DNA of 25,263 bases from Planctomycetota bacterium (lineage in GTDB: Bacteria > Planctomycetota > UBA11346), in assembly GCA_038213805.1 (NCBI GenBank), contig JBBQSO010000079.1, positions 1 to 25,263 of the forward strand, read 5' to 3'. Shown piece after piece: positions 1 through 7,740 of the stretch. Position 1 is the stretch's first letter, and the number at the start of each line of letters is the position of its first letter. Both the position numbers and the translations under genes were made by a program. The notes beneath the pieces are model-generated. The model was not told the DNA's origin. It was given only the letters and a program-made list of their open reading frames with translations, and made no database searches.

Positions 1-303
1 CTCAACCGCCAGAAGATCGCCGCCCTCGCCGGACTGGCGCCCTACGACCGCGCTTCGGGAACCCACGATGGGCGACGCGCAATCTACGGCGGCAGGAAGC
101 GCCTGCGACGTGCGCTCTACCTCGCTGCCCTCACCGCAACACGGGGCAGCAAGTGGCTCAAGCCAATCTATGAAAGACTCAAAAATGCCGGCAAGAGCCC
201 AAAGGTCGCACTCATAGCCTGCGCACGCAAGCTCCTCGTGCGGCTCAATGGCCTGGCTGCAAACCTGCTCCATCCACCCCAAACACTGCCTCAGGAGGCT
301 TGA
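1..303 (+). CDS. IS110-family transposase/recombinase, C-terminal (Tnp) part; 5'-truncated by the window edge
   Basis: Absent from the ORF track because it has no start. Frame +1 reads LNRQKIAALAGLAPYDRASGTHDGRRAIYGGRKRLRRALYLAAL...YERLKNAGKSPKVALIACARKLL...EA*, with TGA at 301-303. This fits the IS110/IS116/IS902 C-terminal domain (GLAP...SG catalytic-Ser motif, GG R..LR..LY.AA, GK..KVAL.A.ARKL). Codon usage (aaa, ata, aga) is less GC-skewed than in host genes. Confidence 0.95.
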   Translation, partial: LNRQKIAALAGLAPYDRASGTHDGRRAIYGGRKRLRRALYLAALTATRGSKWLKPIYERLKNAGKSPKVALIACARKLLVRLNGLAANLLHPPQTLPQEA

Positions 304-305
304 CT
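300..305 (+). promoter_or_regulatory. Outward-facing -35 hexamer TTGACT in the IS110 right end
   Basis: Near-consensus -35, 13 nt before the CT core. IS621-type elements carry the -35 in the right end and complete the promoter on circularisation. Confidence 0.65.
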
Positions 306-360
306 AACAACACAGTCACTCCTGTTTTATCCGTGATTCCCTCTCCAGCGGAGCGCACCA

Positions 361-1401
361 TCAATGCGGAAACGGCTGCGCCTCGCCTTCCTGAAGAGTC
401 AGGATCTCCACGCCCTTCTCGGTCACCAGGATGGTGTGCTCGAACTGCGCGCTGCGCCGCAGGTCGGCGGTCACCGCCGTCCAGTGGTCGTCCCACATCA
501 CGTGGTGCCAGTCGCCCTGGTTGATCATCGGCTCGATGGTGAAGACCATGCCCGGCAGGATGATGCCGCGCTGCGCCGGATCGTAATAGTGCGGCACCTG
601 CGGGTGCATGTGGAACTGCTCGCCAATGCCGTGGCCGACAAAAGCCTGGACCACGCTGAAGTGGTTGGCCTCGGCGTGCTCCTGGATGGCCTTGCCGATA
701 TCGCGGATCTGCCCGTTCGGACGCACTGCGCCGATGCCGCGCATCAAGCACTCGTGGGTGACCTGCACCAGGCGCCGCGATTCGGCGTCGACGTTGCCGA
801 CCAGCACGGTCTCGGAGAGGTCGCCGTGCATGCCGTCGAGGAAGATGGTGACATCGAGGTTGACGATGTCGCCGTCGCGCAGCTGGCGCGAGTCGGGGAT
901 GCCGTGGCAGATGACCTCGTTGACCGAGGTGCACAGGGATTTGGGATAACCGTGGTAGTTGAGCGTGCTCGGATAGCCGCCCTGGTCGATGTACGACTGG
1001 TGGGTGATGGCATCGATCTCGTCGGTGGTGATGCCCGGGCGCACCGCGCGCTTGGCCGCCTCGAGGGCGACCCGCGCCGCCGCGCAGGCGCGGCGCATGC
1101 GCGCGATCTGGTCAGCGTTCTTGACCACGGTGCGCTCGCGCGGCCCCGCCGGCCGCCCGGTCAGCGCGTAATCCGGTCGCGGGATGTGCGCCGGCACGGT
1201 CCGCTTCGGCGACAGCGCCCCCGGCCGCACCTGATCGATGCGCTCCCCGAGCGCCGGCTGCGCCGCGTGCGCCAGCACGGCGCCCCCTCCACCCCCCGCC
1301 TCGCCCTGCAGCTCCTTGAGCAGGTCGCGCGCCTGGTGGCACTTCTTGTACTTCTTGTCGCTCCCGCACCAGCAGGGGTCGTTGGGGCCCGGTTTCGTCA
1401 T
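361..1401 (-). CDS. map: Type I methionine aminopeptidase with N-terminal SEC-C Zn-binding motif
   Basis: Starts MTKPGPNDPCWCGSDKKYKKCH (SEC-C). MetAP motifs: CTSVNEVICHGIP, GDIVNLDVT, GHGIG..FH, FTIEPM, SAQFEHT. Start placed at ATG 1401 rather than the ORF-track start at 1455. Confidence 0.95.
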   Translation of the reverse strand: MTKPGPNDPCWCGSDKKYKKCHQARDLLKELQGEAGGGGGAVLAHAAQPALGERIDQVRPGALSPKRTVPAHIPRPDYALTGRPAGPRERTVVKNADQIARMRRACAAARVALEAAKRAVRPGITTDEIDAITHQSYIDQGGYPSTLNYHGYPKSLCTSVNEVICHGIPDSRQLRDGDIVNLDVTIFLDGMHGDLSETVLVGNVDAESRRLVQVTHECLMRGIGAVRPNGQIRDIGKAIQEHAEANHFSVVQAFVGHGIGEQFHMHPQVPHYYDPAQRGIILPGMVFTIEPMINQGDWHHVMWDDHWTAVTADLRRSAQFEHTILVTEKGVEILTLQEGEAQPFPH

Positions 1402-1409
1402 GCCCCTGC

Positions 1410-1437
1410 ACCGTAACACGTTGCCCGACCTGGACAA
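1410..1437 (-). promoter_or_regulatory. Candidate sigma70 promoter for map (leaderless or very short leader)
   Basis: Minus strand reads TTGTCC-16 nt-TACGGT with TGn before the -10, then 8 nt to ATG. No clear Shine-Dalgarno. Confidence 0.35.
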
Positions 1438-1520
1438 CCGCCCGGCCACCGGCATTCGTCACCACCTTCGCCAGCGTCTCCACCCCCCTAACCCACCCGA
1501 ATCCCCCGTCCCCCCAGTCC

Positions 1521-1609
1521 CGTGCCTCGTGCCTCGTGCCTAGCGCCTAGCGCCTCTCCCTAGGGTCTAGGGTTTCGGGTTTCGGGTCTCGGATCTCGGA
1601 TCTCGGGTC
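1521..1609. repeat. Two adjacent degenerate heptamer arrays
   Basis: (CGTGCCT)3(AGCGCCT)2 at 1521-1555. TAGGGTC, TAGGGTT, TCGGGTT, TCGGGTC, TCGGATC x2, TCGGGTC at 1561-1609. Located between the divergent map and smc genes. Confidence 0.85.
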
Positions 1610-1671
1610 TCCCATCCCCCACCCCTTGCCCCCGCCCCGCCCCCCCTACCTTGCCAACCCAGGGAGCGTGC

Positions 1672-4600
1672 ATGCGGCTGAAGCGGTTGGAGACTTTCGG
1701 CTTCAAGTCCTTCGCGGACCGCATGACCTTCGATTTCGAGGACGGGATCACCGCGGTCATCGGCCCCAACGGCTGCGGCAAGTCCAACATCGTCGACGCG
1801 ATCAAATGGGTGATCGGCGAGCAGTCGGCCAAGGCCCTGCGTGGCGAGGACATGACCGACGTCATCTTCAACGGCTGCGGCACGCGCCGGGCGATGGCGC
1901 TGTGCGAGGTCACCCTGGTGCTCGACCAGGTCGGCGTCGCGCTGGGCATGGACAGCGACGAGGTGGCGATCACCCGGCGCCTGACCCGCGACGGCACCAG
2001 TCAGTACTTCCTCAACGGCAAGCTCTGCCGCCTCAAGGACATCAAGGAACTGTTCATGGACACCGGGGTGGGCACCAGCGCCTACTCGGTGATCGAACAG
2101 GGCAAGATCGGCTTCATCCTCGAGTCCAACACCAAGGACCGCCGCCAGATCCTGGAGGAGGCCGCCGGCATCTCGCGCTACAAGGCGCGCCGCAAGGTCG
2201 CCCTGCGCAAGCTCGAACGCGTGCAGCTCGACCTGCAGCGCATCGGCGAGGTCCTGGCCGAGGTCCGCCGCCGCGTCAAGGCGGTGACCCGCCAGGCCGC
2301 CGCCGCACTGCGTTTCCAAGAGCTGAACGGCCAGGTGCGCGAGCTGCGCATGGCCTTCGCCCTCGAGGAATACGGGCGTCTCACCGGCGAATTGCGCGAG
2401 CACTCGACCCGCCGCGACGAGTTGACCGCGCGCGGCGCCGAGACCGCCGCGGCCCTGGCCACGCTCGAAGCCGCCCTGGCCACCGCCGACCTGCGCCTGG
2501 TCGAGCTCGAAGGCGAGGTACGCGGCCGTGAGCAGAGCCGCGCCGACGCGCAGAGCCGACGCGACGTCGCCGATGCGCGCGGCAAGGACGCGAAATACCG
2601 CCTCGTTGAAGTCGACCAGCAGGAGGGCGAGGACCGCCAAGCCCTGGCGCTGCACAGCGCCAAGATCGAGGCCATCGCCGCCGAGCACGCCAAGGCCGAG
2701 GCCGCGGTGCGCGCGGTCGAGACCGGCAGCGGCGGCGATGGCGCGCTGAGTGCCGAGATGGTCGAGCGGCGCAGCGCCCTCGACCAGGCGCTGGCGGTGG
2801 TCGATGCGCTGGTGCGCCGCGCCGAGGACGCCAAGGCCAAGCAGGTCGAGTGCCTGCGCGAGCTGTCGCGCGTCGAGGCGGAGCAGGGCCGCGTCGCCAG
2901 CAACCGCCAGGCGGTGCTCGAACGCCGCAAGCGCCTCGAGGACCGCTCCGGCGGCCAGACCGACCAGCTGATGCTCGCGCTGACCGCCGAGAACGCCGCC
3001 AAGGGCGTGCTCGACGCCGGCATCGGCGCCGCCGCCGACGCGCACAGCGCCCTCGACGAGCACATCCGCGCACGCGAGACCGCGCTGGCCGAGGGCAACC
3101 GCCTTGACCAGGAGCTCAACGAGATCCGCCACGGCGAGGCGCGCGCCGAGACCGGCCTGCGCCTGCTCCAGGAGCAGGAGCGCCGCGCCGAGGGCGTGTT
3201 CCGCGGCGTGCGCGACGTGCTCCAGCAGATGGACCGCTTCCCCGGCATCGTCGGCATGGTCGCCGATCTCTGCCGCGTGCCCGACGACTACGTCGTGGCG
3301 ATCGAGACCGCGCTCGGCGGGCAGGCGCAGAACATCGTCACGCGCACCCAGGAGGCGGCGCGCGACGCCATCGAGTTCCTCAAGCGCGAGCGCCGCGGGC
3401 GCGCCACCTTCCTGCCTCTCGACGACATCCGCGGTGATGAGCGCGTCGACCAACAGCTGCTGCGCGAGCCCGGCGTGGTCGGCATCGCCAGCCGCCTGAT
3501 CAGCTACGACGAGGAATATCGCGGCGCCTTCGAGTTCCTGCTCGGCAACGTGCTGATCGTCGAGACCCTCGACCACGGCATCGCGCTGCGCCGCCGCCAC
3601 CGCACGCGCTGCCGCCTGGTCACCGTCGACGGCGACGTCATCAACCCCGGTGGCGCCATGACCGGCGGCCGCCAGCAGGGCGCCGACGGCGGCGGCCTGG
3701 TCGGGCGCAAGAACGAGATCCGCAAGCTCGCGGAAACCATGGACGAACTCGGCGGCCGCAAGCTCGCCATCGGCACCGCCCGCGACGAGGCCAAGAAGCA
3801 GGCCTTCGCCCTGGCGCTGCGGGTAGAGGAGCAGCGCCGCGCCATCCAGGCCGCCGATCGCGCGGTCGGCGAGGCCAAGGCGCAGCTGATGAAGACCGAG
3901 CGCGACCGCCTGCACCTTGAAGAGGCAACCAGCAGCTTCGGCGCCGAACTTGAAGAGATTGCCACCGAACTGGGGCGCATCGAGGGCGAGGCGCGCGATC
4001 TGCTTGGGCAGCATGAGTGGTTCGGCGCGCTCAACCGCAAGCTCGGCGGCGACCTCGCCGCGATGCAGGCCGAGATGGAGGGCGCCGCCCAGCGCCGCAA
4101 CCTGGCGCAGGAGGAAGTCAGCAATCTGCGCGTCTCGCTCGCCACCACCCAGGAGCGCCAGGAGGCCGCACGCAACCACCTCGGCCACCTAGTGCGCAGC
4201 CTGCAGGAGCTCGAAGACCAGAAGGACGAGCGCGAGCGGCGCCTCGCCGGTCTCGACGCGCGCCGCGCCGAACTGCGCGCCATCCAGGAGGAGAACGCCG
4301 CGCTGTTCGCCACCGCCGCCACTGAGGTCACGCGCCTGGCCGAAGAGCTCGGTGGCCTGGTCGGCGAACGCGATGGTCTGCGCAACGGCGTCGAGGAGCA
4401 GCGCCAGCAGGCGCGCGCACTGGCCGGGCGCAATCGCGCCATCGAGCAGGAGCGCGGCGCGCTGGAGCTGAAGATCGGCGAGGGCGGCGTACGCATCGAG
4501 AGTCTCAGCCAGCGCATCCTCGACGACTTCCAGCTCGATCTCGCCGAGGCCTTCGGCAACTACCAGCGCCCGGCCGACCTCGACTGGCCGCGCCTGCGCC

Positions 4601-5406
4601 AGCGCCTCGCCGACACTGAGAAGGAGCTGAACGCGCTTGGCCCAGTCAACTTGGCCGCCATCGACGAACTCAAGGAGGTCCAGGCGCGCGAGGAGTTCCT
4701 CGACCAGCAGTTCACCGATCTCAGCAACGCGGCGACCAAGCTCGGCGAGATCATCGAGCAGATCAACGACGTCAGCCGCAAGCTCTTCCAGCAGACTTTC
4801 AAGGACGTGCGCCGGCACTTCCAGGAGCTGTTCCGCAAGCTCTTCGGCGGCGGCAAGGCCGACCTGGTGCTGGAGCAGCCGCAGGCGACCACCGAGACCA
4901 CCGCCGACGGCGAGGTCATCACCCACAAGGCCGAGCCGCTCGACATCCTCGAGGCCGGCCTCGAAATCGTCGCGCAGCCGCCGGGCAAGAACCCCAAGAT
5001 CATCACCCAGCTCTCGGGCGGCGAGAAGGCCCTGACCGCGATCGCCCTGCTGTTCGCGGTCTACCAGACCAAGCCCAGCCCATTCTGCATCCTCGACGAG
5101 GTCGACGCGCCCCTCGACGAGGCCAACGTCGACGTCTACTGCAGCATGATCCGCGAGTTCGTGCGCGGCGGCGCCGACGCCGCCCCGGCCGCCGACGGCT
5201 CGCCCGCCGGCAGCCAGTTCATCGTCGTCACGCACAAGAAGCGCACCATGCAGCGCGCCGACGCGATCTACGGCATCACCCAGAACGAGCCGGGCGTGTC
5301 GACCAAGATCAGCGTCAAGTTCGAGGAGGTCGGGTCGCTCGGCGACACTGAGCATCCGGGCGAACTCCAGCCGACGGTGCGCGGGGCGGGGCCGTATTCG
5401 GGGTGA
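1672..5406 (+). CDS. smc: Chromosome segregation protein SMC
   Basis: MRLKRLETFGFKSF, Walker A GPNGCGKSN, long coiled coils, hinge (GRATFLPLD...GGAMTGG), signature LSGGEKAL, Walker B ILDEVDAPLD. AGGGAG RBS before ATG 1672. Confidence 0.98.
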   Translation: MRLKRLETFGFKSFADRMTFDFEDGITAVIGPNGCGKSNIVDAIKWVIGEQSAKALRGEDMTDVIFNGCGTRRAMALCEVTLVLDQVGVALGMDSDEVAITRRLTRDGTSQYFLNGKLCRLKDIKELFMDTGVGTSAYSVIEQGKIGFILESNTKDRRQILEEAAGISRYKARRKVALRKLERVQLDLQRIGEVLAEVRRRVKAVTRQAAAALRFQELNGQVRELRMAFALEEYGRLTGELREHSTRRDELTARGAETAAALATLEAALATADLRLVELEGEVRGREQSRADAQSRRDVADARGKDAKYRLVEVDQQEGEDRQALALHSAKIEAIAAEHAKAEAAVRAVETGSGGDGALSAEMVERRSALDQALAVVDALVRRAEDAKAKQVECLRELSRVEAEQGRVASNRQAVLERRKRLEDRSGGQTDQLMLALTAENAAKGVLDAGIGAAADAHSALDEHIRARETALAEGNRLDQELNEIRHGEARAETGLRLLQEQERRAEGVFRGVRDVLQQMDRFPGIVGMVADLCRVPDDYVVAIETALGGQAQNIVTRTQEAARDAIEFLKRERRGRATFLPLDDIRGDERVDQQLLREPGVVGIASRLISYDEEYRGAFEFLLGNVLIVETLDHGIALRRRHRTRCRLVTVDGDVINPGGAMTGGRQQGADGGGLVGRKNEIRKLAETMDELGGRKLAIGTARDEAKKQAFALALRVEEQRRAIQAADRAVGEAKAQLMKTERDRLHLEEATSSFGAELEEIATELGRIEGEARDLLGQHEWFGALNRKLGGDLAAMQAEMEGAAQRRNLAQEEVSNLRVSLATTQERQEAARNHLGHLVRSLQELEDQKDERERRLAGLDARRAELRAIQEENAALFATAATEVTRLAEELGGLVGERDGLRNGVEEQRQQARALAGRNRAIEQERGALELKIGEGGVRIESLSQRILDDFQLDLAEAFGNYQRPADLDWPRLRQRLADTEKELNALGPVNLAAIDELKEVQAREEFLDQQFTDLSNAATKLGEIIEQINDVSRKLFQQTFKDVRRHFQELFRKLFGGGKADLVLEQPQATTETTADGEVITHKAEPLDILEAGLEIVAQPPGKNPKIITQLSGGEKALTAIALLFAVYQTKPSPFCILDEVDAPLDEANVDVYCSMIREFVRGGADAAPAADGSPAGSQFIVVTHKKRTMQRADAIYGITQNEPGVSTKISVKFEEVGSLGDTEHPGELQPTVRGAGPYSG

Positions 5407-5424
5407 CCGGCCGGGGCGGCCGGT
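5406..5424 (+). terminator. GC hairpin directly after the smc stop
   Basis: ACCGGCCG-GGG-CGGCCGGT, an 8-bp stem. There is no U-tract, so terminator function is uncertain. Confidence 0.35.
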
Positions 5425-5651
5425 TGGCTGATGGCTGATGGCTGATGGCTGATGGCTGATGGCTGATGGCTGATGAATCGCGGCCGGAGCCGATCGCGAC
5501 CAAACTTCCTGCAAACTCGCGTGCTCCGGCGCAGATGTCCGTTGCGGGGCGGCTACCACCTCCGGTTTGCCCCGAACCATCCGTATCCCAACCCCTAGCA
5601 CCCGCTCCCACGATCCATCAGCCATCAGCCATCAGCCATCAGCCATCAGCC
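5425..5651. repeat. Inverted pair of (TGGCTGA)n heptamer arrays around a ~130-bp core
   Basis: 7 x TGGCTGA at 5425-5473 followed by TGAATCG. The opposite arm at 5611-5651 starts CGATCC and continues with ~5 x ATCAGCC. Confidence 0.9.
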
Positions 5652-5674
5652 CGCCCCCGTCGCTATTCCCTACA

Positions 5675-5703
5675 TTGCCCTACCGGGCGTGGTGGCCCAT
5701 ACT
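5675..5703 (+). promoter_or_regulatory. Candidate sigma70 promoter
   Basis: TTGCCC-17 nt-CATACT, followed by GGAG and ATG 5721. Confidence 0.35.
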
Positions 5704-5720
5704 CAGCCTCACGGAGCCTT

Positions 5721-7514
5721 ATGCATCTGCCCAGCGTGATCCTCAGCGTGCTGATCTGCTCTGGTGCAGCGGCTATCGGTGCCGAGAACGTTACAACCGT
5801 TCCACCCGCCGCCCCGGCTGCGACCGCGCCGGCGACCCTGACCGCAGACCAGGCCGAAGCGCTGGTCCAGTCCGGACAGGTGGCCATGAAGGATTCCGAC
5901 GCCAAGCCCGAGCGCATCGTCGATGCCGCCATCGCCTTCGGCGCGGCCCTGCCGTTCTTCCAGGCCCAGGGCGACACCGACCGCATCAGCGAGCTGCAGG
6001 CTGACATCTTCTGGTGCAAGAAGCGCATGGACCTCGACGAGGTGAAGAGCTATGTCGCGCAGAAGCATGGTGACGCCGCCAACGCTGCCGCCCTGGCGAC
6101 TGCCGAGCGGATCGCCACCGCCGTCGTCCCGCAAAGCGAGGGCGAGGCCTACTTCACACGCGCCCAGACCTACGCCGAGCGCCACCCCAAAAACGACCTT
6201 GAGGTGGCGATGCGTTACTTCGAGGTCGCCGAGCGCTTCCAGGGCAGCGAGGTCTCACTGAAGGCCCAGAAGTTGAGCCTGGAGGCCCAGACCCGCTACC
6301 TGCGCACCCAGAGCGCGGCAACCGCGCGCAGCCAGGTGCACGACCAGGCCTTCAAGGCGCCGACCCGCGGTGAGGCGGCCCCGCCCGCGGCCGACGCGCT
6401 GAAATCCGCGACTGCGATGGTGCGCGAAAGCTATAAATCCGAGTACGCCCAGACGCGGTCGCGCGCGCACCGCGCCCTGGCGGTCAAATTGCTCGGCCAG
6501 GCCGAACAGACCAGCGACAACGCCGACCTGCGCTATGCGCTCTACGTCGAGGCGCGCGAGCAGGCGGTCGCCGCCAAGGACGTGCCGCTGACCCTGTCCG
6601 CCATCAACGCCCTCGACCGCGCCTACAAGGACGTCGACGCCTTGGCCCTCGCCAAGGTCGCTCTGCCCCGCTGCGGTGGCAGCGGGGCCGCCGCAGTGCT
6701 CAAGCAGCTAGGCGCCCCCGACGATGCCGAGGCCGCCAGCGCGGCCGGACGCTACCTCGGCGTCGAGTGCGGCGCCTGGGAACAGGCGCTGCCGCTGCTC
6801 GCCAAGGGCAGCGACCAGGACCTTGCCAAGGCGGCGCAGCTCGAAGTTGCCGGACCCGCCACCGCGAGCGAGATGAGCCAGGTCGCGGATCGCTGGTACG
6901 ACCTCGGCAAGCCCGCCACCGCCAAACTGCGCGAAGGCCTGTGGATGCACGCCCAGCATTGGTACGGCGAGGCCTCCAAAGTCACCCCGGCCCTGCAGGG
7001 CCTGACCGCCAAGATCGTGGCCAAGCGCCAGGAGGAACTCGCCGCCGTCCTGCCACTGCCCGCCGACTTCGACTGGAGCACGCTCACCGCCGGGCAGTGG
7101 GACCGCCTGCGCGCCCCGGTGGTGGTGGTGCCCGCCAACCAGCCGCGCACCACCACCAGCTTCGTGGTGAGTGCGGAGCGCCCGCTGCGCATCGTCCCCC
7201 CCCCTACCGATGTGTGGCTCTTCCGTATCCAGCAGGGCCGGATCGAGGTCAATCACGCCGGGGCGGTCGATGGCCAGCACCCGCGCTTTGCCGGGCTGGG
7301 CTGCTATATTGAGAGCGGCGTGCGGGGTGACGTGGGCGTCAAGGTTCCCACCGGCGTCATCTCCACCCCTGGGCACCTCGCCTTTGGTCCAGAACTGCCG
7401 GCTCAAGCCGCCGCGACCGTGGTCGGCCGCCGCGGCGGGGGCCTAGGCGCGGCCATCCTGTCGACCGGCAGCGGCGAGATCCGCGTGAAGGTGGTGGCGG
7501 TCGAGGACGAGTGA
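5721..7514 (+). CDS. Secreted helical-repeat hypothetical protein
   Basis: GGAG RBS and a signal-peptide-like MHLPSVILSVLICSGAAAIGA. Ala-rich helical body with GRYL...GAWEQALPLLAKG...DRWY segments of a kind I associate with planctomycete proteins. The ORF-track extension from 5466 runs through the repeats and is spurious. Confidence 0.8.
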   Translation: MHLPSVILSVLICSGAAAIGAENVTTVPPAAPAATAPATLTADQAEALVQSGQVAMKDSDAKPERIVDAAIAFGAALPFFQAQGDTDRISELQADIFWCKKRMDLDEVKSYVAQKHGDAANAAALATAERIATAVVPQSEGEAYFTRAQTYAERHPKNDLEVAMRYFEVAERFQGSEVSLKAQKLSLEAQTRYLRTQSAATARSQVHDQAFKAPTRGEAAPPAADALKSATAMVRESYKSEYAQTRSRAHRALAVKLLGQAEQTSDNADLRYALYVEAREQAVAAKDVPLTLSAINALDRAYKDVDALALAKVALPRCGGSGAAAVLKQLGAPDDAEAASAAGRYLGVECGAWEQALPLLAKGSDQDLAKAAQLEVAGPATASEMSQVADRWYDLGKPATAKLREGLWMHAQHWYGEASKVTPALQGLTAKIVAKRQEELAAVLPLPADFDWSTLTAGQWDRLRAPVVVVPANQPRTTTSFVVSAERPLRIVPPPTDVWLFRIQQGRIEVNHAGAVDGQHPRFAGLGCYIESGVRGDVGVKVPTGVISTPGHLAFGPELPAQAAATVVGRRGGGLGAAILSTGSGEIRVKVVAVEDE

Positions 7515-7535
7515 CTGGTGGCTGGTGGCTGGCAG
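7515..7535. repeat. Short heptamer run CTGGTGG x2 + CTGGCAG
   Basis: Begins immediately after the stop codon at 7514; related to the TGGCTGA unit. Confidence 0.55.
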
Positions 7536-7740
7536 CCGCCCGGTACCAGGCTGGGCTTCCCGAGGACTGATCCAGGGCGGATGGTTGCGCCAGAAGACGA
7601 TCGACGGCGGTTCCGGTTGCGCGATCCCGCTCCCGGCGCATCCCGCGCCCGCAATGCCCGCACCAGAAACCGGTGGACGCGCGCCCGAACGCGGTGGACA
7701 TTTACCCATCCCCCCCGTCCGAATGCATTCCGAGACAGCC

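Larger units (their letters stand above)
1..320 (+). mobile_element. IS110-family element, right portion ending at a CT core (319-320)
   Basis: The transposase stop overlaps TTGACT (300-305), followed by aacaacACAGTCA-CT. Similarity to a host repeat (25045-25060, reverse strand) begins exactly at CT 319-320, which defines the junction. Confidence 0.85.

Noticed and set aside
304..360. Bridge/seek RNA in the IS right end (IS1111-type layout)
   Set aside because: The right end runs only ~17 bp after the stop codon before host-repeat similarity begins, so the RNA must be in the left end.
1567..4188. Long antisense ORFs (also 7702..9093, 11568..14393, 16011..17651, 17858..19825, 23902..25149)
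   Set aside because: Shadow frames of high-GC genes that have clear motifs on the opposite strand.
1672..5406. SMC as part of a Wadjet/MksBEF or other defence system
   Set aside because: Canonical Smc with a hinge, and no jet/mks partners adjacent. scpA/scpB being elsewhere is common.
5532..5541. CAGATGTCCG shared, inverted, with 10690-10699 near the other TGGCTGA array
   Set aside because: Only 10 bp with no extension; compatible with chance.
5481..5610. c-di-GMP-I riboswitch-like GGGCAAACC on the minus strand of the cassette core
   Set aside because: Lacks the GAAA tetraloop stem and GACGCAAAG segment, and points away from any suitable gene start.
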